Assembly: GCF_030028105.1 (NCBI RefSeq)
Contig: NC_092402.1
Location: 28,566,843-28,630,842, forward strand
Length of the DNA: 64,000 nucleotides
DNA from: Mobula birostris
Taxonomy: Eukaryota
Direction: 5' to 3'
Under the pieces are notes generated by a model, which was not told where the DNA came from, did not search any database, and saw only the letters and a program-made list of their open reading frames with translations. This document shows positions 26,357 to 38,126 of the stretch, piece by piece (position 1 is the stretch's first letter; every line of letters begins with the position of its first letter). A program made the translations under genes and the position numbers.

Positions 26357-26735
26357 GGGTGACATAGTATTGCAGCTTGTAGAGTTGCTGCCTCACCGAT
26401 CCAGGTTCATTCCTAACCTTCAGTGCTGCCTGTGTGGAGTTTGCTGATTCTCCTTGTGACTGCATGGGTTTCCATCAGGTGAGAAAATCTGCAGACACTG
26501 GAAATCCAAGCAACACATGCAAAATGCCGGAAGAACTCAGCAGGTCAGGCAACATCTATGGAAAAGAACACAGTTGACATTTCGGGCTGAAACCCTTCAG
26601 CAGGTCCTGAAATGTCTCAGCCTGAAACGTCAACTGTACTCTTTTCCATAGATGCTGCCTGGCCTGCTGAGTTCCTCCAACACTTTGTGTTTGTTGCTTC
26701 TATCAGGTGGTCTGGTTTTCTCTTACATCTTTAAA
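26357..26735 (+). mobile_element. V-SINE interrupted by a hammerhead-repeat insertion
   Basis: tgtgtggagtttgc..ttctccttgtgactgcatgggtttccatcaggtg resumes after the insert as atcaggtggtctggttttctc. Confidence 0.75.
26482..26697. mobile_element. Palindromic (head-to-head) Penelope-derived hammerhead repeat with 12-bp TSD
   Basis: Two arms of about 95-120 bp are reverse complements meeting near 26604. Flanks are ttccatcaggtg (26470-26481) and ttctatcaggtg (26698-26709). Confidence 0.85.
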
Positions 26736-27035
26736 GATTTGCTTTATTTGTCACATATACATCAAAACATACAATGAAATGCATTGTTTGTGTCAAATCA
26801 AATCAGCAAGGATGTGCTGGTGGCAGCCCACAAGTGTCAGCCCAGTCCGGCACCAGCAGAGTATGCCCACAACTCATTAATGCTAACCATATGTCTTTGG
26901 AATGTGGTTAGAAACCAGAGCATCTAGAGGAAATCGATGGGGAGAATGTACAAACTCCTTAGAGACTGTGGCAGAACTGAACCTTGGTCACTAGTGTTGA
27001 AATTAATATTATGCTACCCACTGCACTATCATGCT
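26735..27035 (-). mobile_element. tRNA-derived SINE, reverse orientation
   Basis: Reverse complement resembles 1445-1700 (gtagcatgatagtgcagtgggtagc head, ctggtttcta..cacattccaaagac). Confidence 0.6.
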
Positions 27036-27139
27036 ACCTTCAAGTTAATCTATGATGTAATTTAAGATGTACAGCTTGGTAAATTAATTGGCCATGGTTG
27101 CTTGACCCTAGCATGTAGGTGAGTGGTTGTAATGTTGCA

Positions 27140-27650
27140 ACATTGCAAATAAATGCAACGTTAGCATTCATTTTGAGAGGAAATGAATATGAGAGTAAGA
27201 GCGTGGTGCTGAGGCTTTATAAGGCATTGGTCAGACCACAGTTGGAGTATTATGAGCAGTTTTGGGCCCCTTATCTAAGAAAGGATGTGCTGGCATTGGA
27301 GACAGTCCAGAAGAGGTTCATGAGAATGATCCCAGGAATGAAGGGTTAACGTATGAGAAGCATTTGATGGCTCTGGGTCTGTGCTCGCTAGAGGCTAGAA
27401 GAATAAGGGGGATATTGTTGAAAGCTATTGAATCTTGAAAGGCCTAGATGGAAAGGATGTTTCTTGTAGTGAAGGATTCTAGGACAAGAGGACACAGCCT
27501 CAGAATAGAAGAGTATCCTTTAGAACAGTGATGAAGAGGAGAGCAAATCTGTGGAATTCATTGCCACAGGCAGCTGTGGAGGCCAAATCATTGGGTAAAT
27601 TTAAAGTAGAGATTGATAGTTTAATTCTGCTCCTGCGTCTTATGGTCTTA
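27140..27650 (+). mobile_element. CR1 3' fragment
   Basis: ORF 27119-27349 LYKALVRPQLEY..QFWAPYLRKD. Confidence 0.9.
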
Positions 27651-28699
27651 CGGTTGAATCCGGGAAGTGGGAGATGGAAGTTCCTGGGAAAGCAGGGTGG
27701 ATAAAATGGAATTAATGTAGGAGTAGAGTAAATGGTCTCTGTGTGTGCATTCTAGGCCATAGGACTTATCTCTGTGCTGTTTAACTTTGTGACTCAGTAT
27801 CATAGTTTTGGATGTCTGCATTTATATCTGTTTAGATAGGAAAAAATAATGTAGCAAAGATTTACTAAAATTTTCTTAATAGAAGAAAGCATGCAAAAAA
27901 ACATTGAAAATGTTGACTTATCTCAAGGAATACCCTCCTTATATCAAATAATCTTGAAGACTATTAAGTGACAGTTAAGGTAACATCCAGCTATTGCTTT
28001 TAAAATAAATGTATCACAACTAATATTCTCAGAGCTACCAAATTCTCTTAAAACCAAGTCAATATAGGGTCATGCAGAATCAGTGAAAGTAAAATCTAAT
28101 TGTTGCTGTCGGTATCCAATCCTTTCTTATGGTCCATTTTATTGGTTCAAACAACTTTCTGTCCAACTTTCTAATTGGCTACTACTGACAAAGAAATCAG
28201 ACTGCATAACACCAAAGTTTTCAGGCACAAAGATTGCAAAATTTGCTTGTTTTTCTGGAATAGATCATGAAATTGGATGAGGCATGTGCCGCCGACGTTG
28301 GGACATCTGATTCTTGTGCTGGCATTAATACTGCACTGATTGCATACTCCACATGTCTGTATGTGCTGGTAAATTTGGAGCTATGATCTTCACACCATAA
28401 CTATTGTGGACCATTCCCAGACTGGGTGTACATTGTACTACTGTACTTGTTGCTTTCCCTTTGATTTCAAGTGACACTTTACTAACCATGGGAGAACACC
28501 TTGGACGACTTCCTCTCCACAATATCTTTCCAAGCAGTCACAGTACATCACTTCCATATTTCTGTTTTTTTTTTTTTTGCTTGAATTGTAAAAACAGCCA
28601 GTACAGTATATAGACTCATAGAGTGCCTATGCATATACCTATCCTCATCCATGTACCCATCCAAACTTCTCTTGAACGTTGAAATCAAAATCGCATCCA

Positions 28700-29120
28700 C
28701 CCCTGACTAGTAATGCTACCTGATCCCCTTTAATCCCTCCTGCTTTGTCACATTTAAGATAACAGAACACTGGAATATTGAGCTGCCAGTCCTGTCCCGC
28801 CAGCAAACAAGTCTCTCTAATGGTTACAATATCATAATCCCATGTGTTGATCCATGTCCTGAGCTCATCTGTCTTTTCTACAATGCTTTTTGTATTGAAG
28901 TGTACGTAACTCAGAACATTAGTCCCACCATGCTCAACCTTTTGATTCCTCGCTTTGAGGCCTTAAAAACATCTGCTTCCATCGTCTATCACCTTCTGTT
29001 TTGGCACTCTGGTTCCCGTCCCCCTGTAACTCTAGTTTAAACTCTCCATGCAGTACTAGCAAACCTTCCTGCTAGGATATTAGTTCCTCTCCAGTATAGA
29101 TGCAAGCAGTCCCGTCTTCC
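28700..29120 (-). mobile_element. CR1 fragment spanning the ORF1 end and the APE start
   Basis: Similar to 4830-4975 plus 6660-6780 (cccctg.aact.tagtttaaac...gctaggatattagt). Confidence 0.7.
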
Positions 29121-31033
29121 CTTTATGTGAAGAAATTATTTTATTTTAATTAATTTTGGTAAGGAGTAGGTGGCGTCTCAGGCACTGGGAACTTCCAGCA
29201 TTGCTGGGTTACGAGGAGTGTGCTTGTGTCCTATTGGGACTACCATCTCATCTGGACCATCTCAACAATAGGAAAATCTCTGCGCCCCCCCCACCGTCAA
29301 TGTGTTACTTGTGGATCATGAGAATAGTGTCCTCACGATGAATGTCATTTTCCTGCGAACCAGCATGGCTCCTTCATTCTGAGGGTGATCAGCTGTCAGG
29401 TGTTTCAGCAGCCAACACTGCCCAGAAGGATGAATCCGGCAGACAAAGATGTCTCCCATGACCTCCAGGACTGTTCATACCATTACACTCTGTTAAAAGA
29501 ATCACCCCTTGTAATAATGATCAGTGAGGCACAGAGAATCTGTATTTACTGACAAGTAACTTTTATTGCTTCAACGAACCGTCTCCATGTGCACCCTACT
29601 AGAATTCCCTGACACTCCATAAACAGTCAATGAAGAGAAAAGGATATTACCTGGGAAAGGAGTCTACGCTGGTCCTGATCTCCACGTGTCCGTAGTGTCC
29701 TCCTTATCCGCGATGGTTGGTCTCTGGTTGCTGGAGAGTTATCGCCCCTGCGTATTTGGAGCTCCTGAGTCTTCTACTGTTCCTCATCATTTGAACCATT
29801 GGATCTCCACTCCATTGGCTCAAGGTCACCTGACCTACCTGGGTCACCTTCTTACTGGTCATTGTACAGGGCTACAGCCAACATTGTTTCATGGCTCTGC
29901 CCACCCCAGCCTTGTGTATTTGTGTCTTTACACTCTGACTGGTCCAGACCAGTTAAGTGAGGCAACCCAGACAGAGTCTAACAAGATCACCGATTACAGG
30001 CCTGGCATTTTACAAAACAAGTAGCTACTCCTCTAGGAATGGTCTCAGGTTTAGCAGATCATTACCTGAAGCTTCCTGTGTCCACATTCAGTTGCTCTGA
30101 TTAGATTATCCAAGAGCAAGAAACTGTTCAGACTCCACAAAATGGGGGAAACAAAGTAACTTGTCTGCTTCTCCTGTCCTTGATCAGACTGCAGTTTCTT
30201 CTGGCCAACAACTCCATCTGTAGCTGCTGAGCACAGGCTGAACACAAACTGTCCAAGCACCAAGTAGAAGATGTTATTAGTCATTTTATGGTGAGGTCGG
30301 TTGCCTGCAGCTATGTAGCTGCATACTATAGCAGATCCCAAGTAGATGCAGAGAATTCTTTACTGTTGACAATTCTGTAAACAGCAGCTTCTACCAGGAG
30401 AAAAACGGCAAGATGAAAGCTTAATGACCATGAGGCAAAGCTGGTTGAGCAATTAGAGCAAGAGGACTGGCTGGGAAATGTTGGTGCTCAGTATCCACTG
30501 CTTCCTCTTTCCATCGCTCCGGGAGAGGAAAGCATTTTCAGCACCAACTAGGAAAGACTGCCTAGAATGATAGTCTTCTCTTTAGGAGCCTACAAAATGA
30601 GTCCCAGCGCAAGGCAAATAACCCTTCTTCCACTCTAACCATTATCACCAATGTAGCACATCAGCAATCAGCTAGGAGAGATCAAGTGACCCATTTACAT
30701 CCTACTTTGCAGGTTCACTGACTGATTATTATATGGTTGAATGAATCTCTGCTTAAATTAATTAAATGATTTTCTAGAACATTCTGTGTGATGAGTGACA
30801 CTTTGCTTGAAGAATTCAGACCTTAGCAATAATAATACACACTTTTCACTAAGGATCTCCACTCTACAACTAATATTGGTCATCCTGACATATCCTGCCG
30901 TGACATGAATTTGTACCTGACTTTGTACATTATGGGGAGGAGGAGGCTGTTGCCATCTCTTGCCCTTCAAGCAACACACATCAAAGTTGCTGGTGAACGC
31001 AGCAGGCCAGGCAGCATCTCTAGGAAGAGGTAC

Positions 31034-31069
31034 AGTCGACGTTTTAGACCGAGACCCTTCGTCAGGACT
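31034..31069 (-). ncRNA. Minimal type-I hammerhead ribozyme motif (inverted copy, GAAA core mutated to AAAA)
   Basis: Minus strand reads agtc CTGACGA agggtctcggtct AAAAC GTC gact. Confidence 0.65.
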
Positions 31070-31786
31070 AACCTCCTGGTACAAGTGCTACACATGCCCT
31101 TCCACTTCCTCCCTTACCACCATTCAGGGCCCCAGACAGTCCTTCCAGGTGAGGTGACACTTCACCTGTGAGTCGGCTGGGGTGATATACTGTGTCCAGT
31201 GCTCCCGACACGCCCTTCTATACATTGGCGAGACCTGATGTAGGCTGGAAGACCGTTTCGCTGAACACCTACGCTCTGTCCGCCAGAGAAAGCAGGATCT
31301 CCCAGTGGCCACACATTTTAATTCCATGTCCCATTCCCATTCTGATATGTCTATCTACGGTCTCCTCTACTGTCAAGATGAAGCCACACTCAGGTTATAT
31401 TCCGTCTGGGTAGCCTCCAACCTGACGGCATCAACATTGACTTTTCTAACTTCCGTTAATGCCCCACTTCCCCTTCGTCCCCATCCCTTATTTATTTATT
31501 TATTTATTTATTTGTTATTTTCTTTTTCCTTTTTTTTCTCTCTTTTTTCTCCTTCTGTCCCTCTCACTATAGCTTCTTGCTCATCCTCTGAGCTTCCCCC
31601 CTCCCCCTTTCTTTCTCCCTAGGCCTCCTGTCCCATGATCCTCTCCCTTCTCCAGCCTGGTATCCCTTTTGCCAACCAATTTTCCAGCTCTTAGCTCCAT
31701 CCCTCCCCCTCCTGTCTTCTCCTATCATTTCGGATCTCCCCCTCCCCCTCCCACTTTCAAATCTCTTACTATCTCCTCTTTCAGTT

Positions 31787-31822
31787 AGTCCTGATGAAGA
31801 GTCTTGGCCCGAAATGTCGACT
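31787..31822 (+). ncRNA. Minimal type-I hammerhead ribozyme motif
   Basis: AGTC (stem I), CTGATGA (31791-31797), stem-loop II agagtcttggccc, GAAA (31811-31814), tGTC, then GACT (stem I'). Predicted cleavage is after C31818. Confidence 0.75.
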
Positions 31823-32199
31823 GTACCTCTTCTATAGATGCTGCCTGGCCTGCTGCGTTCACCAGCATTTTTTGTGTGTGTTGCTTGAATTTCCAGCATC
31901 TGCAGATTTCCTCGTGTAATGGCTCAAACAACAGTCCTCTTGCTCTTTGTGTTCATAAACTTCATTAGTGTGTCATTACATGTTCAAAGGTTGTTAAGTG
32001 GGACTGTGCATTTCATATTACCAAAAAAATTTGCAAGAACAGGGAAATCCTATTTCACTCTTTTCTCATGCTGTGCTCTCAAGGTTCCTTTAGATTAGTC
32101 CACTAAATATATGTCCTAAAATGATCTCACCATTGCCATAACGGCTGACAAATATATGTTGCAGCTAAATATATTGTTTTTAAATTAATACAATAAGAT

Positions 32200-32545
32200 A
32201 TACTGTAGAAGCAGAATTAGGGCATTTGGCCTGTCAAGTCTGCTTCACCCTTCAATCATGACTGTTTTTGAAACCCATTCTCCTGCCTTCACCACATAAC
32301 CCTTAATCCCTTTACCAATCCAACAACCTATCAATTTCTGCCTCAATATGCCCAATGTCCTCCACTATGAGGCAAAAAAAAAATCCCCAGTTTCACTACT
32401 TCTGTCTGAAAAAATCTGCTTCTCATCTCATTTTTAAAGGAATGTCCCTTTGTTCTAAGGCTGTGCCCTCAGATCCTAGACTCTTCCACTAATAGAAACA
32501 TACTCTCCACGTCCAATCTATCTGGGCCTTTTAATACTTGGGATG
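32200..32545 (-). mobile_element. CR1 3' fragment
   Basis: agcagaattagggcatttggcc 3'UTR and the reverse complement of the RT C-terminus. Confidence 0.8.
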
Positions 32546-32697
32546 TTATTGATGTATACATGAGAGCTGAATTTACCACTTAATATAACTTCTGATATAT
32601 TGTTGCAATAGACGCTATTATTGGTTTTTGCTACCATCAATGAAAGATATCTTGTTGGTGGCACTACCCTTATTCTTTGCCCTGGTGAACAGCAATA

Positions 32698-32798
32698 CAG
32701 ATGAAGGATGTCAACCCAAAATGTTAACAGTCCATTTGCCTTCATAGATGCTGCCTGACCTGATGAGTGTTGTGTGTGGCAACACACAAGAATGCAGG
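32698..32798 (+). repeat. Decayed hammerhead repeat copy
   Basis: gatgaaggatgtcaacccaaaatgttaac...catagatgctgcctgacctg. Confidence 0.65.
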
Positions 32799-33679
32799 GA
32801 TAATACATTATTGATGAGTTTAGGATTATATTTGAGATTGTTTTGAGATTGTGAAGAAGTAACATGATTGTTATCAAGTATGAAGTAGTAGAAAATGGGA
32901 TTCTCTATGTTAAGCGGCAGTGATGGTGATGAATTGACAGGGTGAACTTAGGAAATTTTAAATGACTTAGTTACTTACTGTGTGAAGGAAATGAGTAGAG
33001 ATGTTCCTGACAGTGACTGATGTCTCAAGGGAGGATTGTGGCTTTGCATGGAAAGTGAATGTCAATATTTTTGCTGGTTATTGGATGGCAGGCACATGAG
33101 GTGTTGGTGTGTTTACAGGTACTATGATCAGAATCTTGCTCAAAAATGTTCTAACTGTCTTAAAGGAATGCTTTAACCCATGGCTTTAGGGATCTTCAAA
33201 TGGCATGTTTGGCACATGACAACAGAGATCAAATAAAACAGATAATGCATGATCAACTCAAAGAAACTGGCTGAAAGGTGTAGCTTTCTGATGTTTTTAG
33301 ATCAGGAACTGTGGGATTATTTGTTGAGAGAATTCAAGCAAAGCTACATGTCATGCTGGATCTACCAAATGACCTGCTGCAGCACTTTTTCTCAGAGTAT
33401 AATTTTGCTTTTGAGGTATGAATCGAGGCCACTGAAATGGCAATCGCAGTTTAATGTTGCAAGTGGGTTTGTCAGAAAACTAGATCACATTTGCAAATTA
33501 TGTCAATGTAAAAGCCTGTAGGTCTTGCCTGTGCTGAGCAATACAAGCTTTGGGCAGAAAGAGTACTGTTTTAAAGTTCTGAGTGTGAGGTAATATCAGT
33601 TTGAATGTCCACCGGCAATATCTGTGTACATGTTTACTTCAGTTTGGGGGAGTAACAAAAACAAATCATAAACACAAGA

Positions 33680-33950
33680 GCAAACGGGAGAAGACTTGCA
33701 GATGCTAGAAATCCAAGAAACGCACACAAAATGCTCTTGAAGGGTCTCAGCCCGAAACGTTGACGTACTCTTTCCATAGATGCTGCCTGGCCTGCTGAGT
33801 TCCTCCAGCATTGTGGGTGTCTTGTATAAACACAAGAAATTCTGCAGATGCTGGAATTCCCAAGCAAAACATGAAAGGCTACAGGTCAGGCAGTATCGAT
33901 GGAAATGAATAAACAGCTGACGCTTCAGGCTGAGACTCTTCATTGGGACT
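33680..33950. mobile_element. Cluster of three hammerhead-repeat segments (-,+,-)
   Basis: tgaagggtctcagcccgaaacgttgac on the plus strand at about 33738-33764, flanked by two reverse-oriented segments. ataaacacaaga is repeated at 33668-33679 and 33826-33837. Confidence 0.8.
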
Positions 33951-35357
33951 GTTTATTCATTTCCAACGAAAACAAATACTGTATTACAAAAACAGTGAGA
34001 TTCTGAGACAAGAGGCATCTCTTACTGAAGCACCTGCAGAGACCAAATTTAGAAAAACATATCTGCAGAACAAGCATTAAGCAAGCCAGAAAAGTAATCT
34101 TTGATGTGAAACCATTTTGAGATGCCCATATTGAGAGTATCATGTGGAAAGTGACTGAGTATTTTCAGAACTATTGCAATACTTCCAGTTCTTGATGGCA
34201 AGCAATTTGAAAGAAATGCCCATAATTGATTTAGAGACTGCAAGGCAACCATATAATTGAAGTGTTGGGATGGCTGTGTCATTTCAAGGATCCATGGATA
34301 GGATCCTTGCACTTTGATTTCAAGGTTATTTCAAGTCAGATGGTGGTGCTGCATCAAGCTTAGATTGGGTTTGGTGTTTAAGCTGATAACTGCATATGGC
34401 CGTGGAATCAATACAAGAGTTCCAAGAGTGATATTACATTAGGCTTATACTGACTGATGTATATAGTGAGATATATACTGGTAATGTGTGAGGCAACCCC
34501 TGCATTATAATGGCTTGGATAACGGTTATTCACCTTTATGAAATTCACAGATCACTAATCACTACCAACAAATGCTGAGATACAATCAAAATGTATTATC
34601 ATGTGCCAATTTTTAAATTTTATTTTCAGATTGCTATTGTTAATGCATATCCAAAGGATGGGGTTTGTATTATGGAAATTTGCAAAACCAATGATTTTCC
34701 TGGAATGAACACTATCACCTCCCATTTAACACAGAGGCTGACTATGTAGTGTGTTATAAAAATAATGTTCAATATGTGAACTATTGAAGCACTCCATGGA
34801 GAGATGACTTTCTAAGTTCAATGGGAACAACAGTAAAGAGAGAAAATGCAGAGTCTATGGAATGTCAAAATGCACAAAGGAGTCTTTAGAGGAATCACAG
34901 AAGAAAATATTAAAAATAATGAAGATACATAAAAGACTGAATATAGTTGTAATCACTGTGGTATTTGATGTTTTATTAAACAGTGATAACAATTGTACAT
35001 TGTTGCAGTAAATGTTTAGAAACTGCAATACACATCATTTTGGTAATATACATTCAAGGTTACAATTGTAGTCCAGATGTCAACGTTCAAAGTTCAAAGT
35101 AAAATTTATTATCGAAGTATATATATGTCGCCGCATACAACCCTGAGATTCTTTTTCTGCAGGCATACCTAGCAAATCTATAGAACAGTAACTGCAAACT
35201 GTAAACAAACTGTGCAAGTGCAGATATAAATAAATAGCAATAAATAACGAGCATGAAATAACAAGATAAAAGAGTCCTGAAATGACTGTAGTTATCCCCT
35301 TTTGTTCAAGAGCCTGGTTGAGGAGTGGTAACTATTCTTGAACCTGGCGGCGTGGCG

Positions 35358-37760
35358 ATGATCGCAAGAGAATGAGTTTGTTGAATGCCTAAGAGATGGC
35401 TTTTTAGAGCAGTTTGTTGTTGAACCTACTAGGGGATCAGCTGTACTGGATTGAGTGTTATGTAATGAACTGCTTAAGGTAAAAGAACCCTTAGGAGGCA
35501 GTGATCACAATATGATTGAGTTCAGCTTGAAATTTGATAAGGAGAAAGTAACGTCTGACATAGCAGGATTTCAGTGGAGTAAAGGAAATTACAGTGGTAT
35601 GAGAGGGGAGCTGGCCACAGTAAATTGGAAAGAGATGCTGGCAGGGATGACAGCAGAACAGCAATGGTGTGAGTTTTTGTGGAAAATGAGGAAGGTGCAG
35701 GATAGATGTATTCCAAAAATGAAGAAATGCTCAAATGGCAAAATATGGCTGACAAGAGAAATCAAAGCTAATAAAAAAGCAAAAGAGAAGGCAGACAACA
35801 AAGCAAAAATTAGCGGGAAGATAGAGGATTGGGAAGCTTTTAAAACCCTACAGAGAGCAACTAAAAGAATCATTAGGAGGAAAAAGATGAACTATGTAAG
35901 CAAGCTGGCAAACAATATCAAAGTGGATAGTAAAAGCTTTTTCTAGAATGTAAAAAAGAGAGATGAGAGTGTATATAGGACCCTAGAAAATGAGGCTGGA
36001 GAAATAATGACAGGGGACAAGGAGATGGCAGATGAATTAAATGAGTATTTTGTATCAGTCTTCACTGTGGAAGGCACGAGCAGTCTGCCATTTGTTGAAG
36101 GGTGTGGGGGAAGAGAAGTGAATGCAGTTACTGTTACAAGGGGGAAGGTGCTCAAAAAGCTGAAAGACCTAAGGGTACATTAGTCACCCGGACCAGATGA
36201 GCTGCATTCTAGGGTTCTGAAAGAGGTAGCGGTAGAGATTGTGGAGGCAATAGTAATGATCTTTCAAAGATCATTGGACTCTGGCATGGTGCCAGAGGAT
36301 GGGAAAATTGCAAATGTTACTCCACTCTTTAAGAAAGGAGAAAAGCAGCAGAAAGGAAATTATAGACCAGTTAGCCTGACTTCAGTGGTTGGAAAGATGT
36401 TAGAGTCAACTGTTAAGGATGAGGTAATAGAGTACTTGGTGACACAGGACAAGATAGGACAAAGTCAGCATGGTTTCCTTCAGGGAAAATCCTGCCTGAG
36501 GAAGCTGTTGGAATTCTTTGAGGAGATTACAAGTCGGATAGATAAAGAGGATGCAGTGGGTTTTGTATATTTGGAATTTCAGAAGGCCTTTGACAAGGTG
36601 CCACCGTGAGGCTGCTTACCAAGTTAAGAGCCCATGATATTACAGGAAAACTCCTGCCATGATTAGAGCATTGGCTGATTAGTAGGAGGTAGCGAGTGGG
36701 AATAAAAGGATCCTTTTCTGGTTGGCTGCTAGTGACTAGTGGTGTTCCACAGGGGTTGGTGTTGGGACCGTGTCTTTTTATGCTGTATATAAATGATTTA
36801 GATGATGGAATAGATAGCATTGTTGCCAAATTTGCAGATGATACGAAGATTGGTGGAGGGGTAGGTAGTGTTGAGGAAACAGGTAGGCTACAGAAGGACT
36901 TAGACAGTTTAGGAGAATGGGCAATAAAGTGGCAAATGAAATACAGTGTTGGAAAATGCATGGTCATGCACTTTGGTAGAAGAAATAAATGTGCAGACTA
37001 CTTCTAAACAGGGAGAAAATCCAAAAAAATATGAAATGTAAAGGGACTTAGGAGTCCTTGTGTAGAACACCCTAAAGGTTAACTTGCAGTTTGAGTTGGT
37101 GGTGAGGAAGGCAAGTGCAATGTTAACATTTATTTCAAGAGGTCTAGAATACAAGAGCAGGGATTTGATGCTGACGCTTTATAAGGCACTGGTGAGACCT
37201 CACCTTGAGTATTGTGAACAATTTTGGACTCCTCATCGAAGAAGAGATATGCTAGTATTGGAGAAGAGGTTTTCAAGGATAATTCCGGGAATGAAAGGGT
37301 TATCATATGAGGAACGTTTGATGGCTCTGTGTCTGTACTCACTGGAATTCAGAAGGGCGAGGAGGGATCTCATTGAAACCTTTCAAACGTTGAAAGGCCT
37401 AGACAGTGTGGATGTGGAAAGGATGTTTCCCATGGTGGGAGAGTCTAAGTCAAGAGGGCACAGCCTCAGGATAGAGGGGCGTCCACTTAAAACAGAGATG
37501 CGGAGAAATTTATTTAGCCAAAGGCTGGTGAATTTATGGAATTTGTTACCACAGGCAGCTGTGGAGGCCAAGTTGTTGGGTATGTTTAAAGCAAAGCTTG
37601 ATAGGTTCTTGATTGGACATGACATCAAAGGTTAAGGGAGAAGTCCAGAGAGTAGGACTGAGGAGGGGAAGAAAGGATCAGCCATGATTGAAAGGTGGAG
37701 CAGACTTGATGGGTCAAATGACCTAATTTTGCTTCTATGTCATATGGTCTTATGGTCTTA
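35358..37760 (+). mobile_element. CR1 LINE, 5'-truncated, degenerate ORF2
   Basis: ORFs 35455-35946, 36241-36609, 36696-37007 and 37084-37635 are colinear with CR1 ORF2. 3'UTR and tail are present. Confidence 0.95.
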
Positions 37761-38126
37761 TACTGTTTCCCAGCTAAATGGACATTCCTAAATGGACCCC
37801 TGCAAATACCACCCACCTACAATCTCCGGAAAGCCACCATATCCCATGATCTGCATTCCACTTGCCTTTGCATTTCACACACAGCCCTGTTTTTGAGCAT
37901 CTGAGGAAGTAAAGGCACTGTTGTACCTTCTTCACAATAATATTCATATGATGGGTCCAGGACAGGTTCACTGAGATAGTGGCGCACTGGAATTTAAAGT
38001 TACTGACCCTCTCCACCTCTGATCCTCCAATAATTACTAGCTTATGGGCCTCTGGTTTCCCCCTCCTGAAGTCTACTATCAGTTCCTTGCTCTTATTGAT
38101 ATTCGGTGAGAGGATGTTACTATTGC

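Larger units (their letters stand above)
30968..31917 (+). mobile_element. 5'-truncated Penelope-like element: inverted pseudo-LTR, GIY-YIG endonuclease remnant, pseudo-LTR
   Basis: About 31125-31455 translates QGPRQSFQVR*HFTCESAGVIYCVQCSRHALLYIGET*CRLEDRFAEHLRSVR...LPVATHFNS.SHS...LGSLQPDGINIDFSNF (GIY-YIG variants VIY and YIGET). 30968-31072 is the reverse complement of 31784-31888. Confidence 0.92.

Noticed and set aside
29510-30014. Possible solo LTR (TGTAA...TTACA with minus-strand AATAAA)
   Set aside because: No matching TSD, PBS or PPT and no second copy in the window, so it cannot be supported.
34630-34750. Strong plus-strand acceptor (ttttattttcag) followed by a 39-codon frame
   Set aside because: No convincing donor and no recognisable peptide. 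Such matches are expected by chance in AT-rich DNA.
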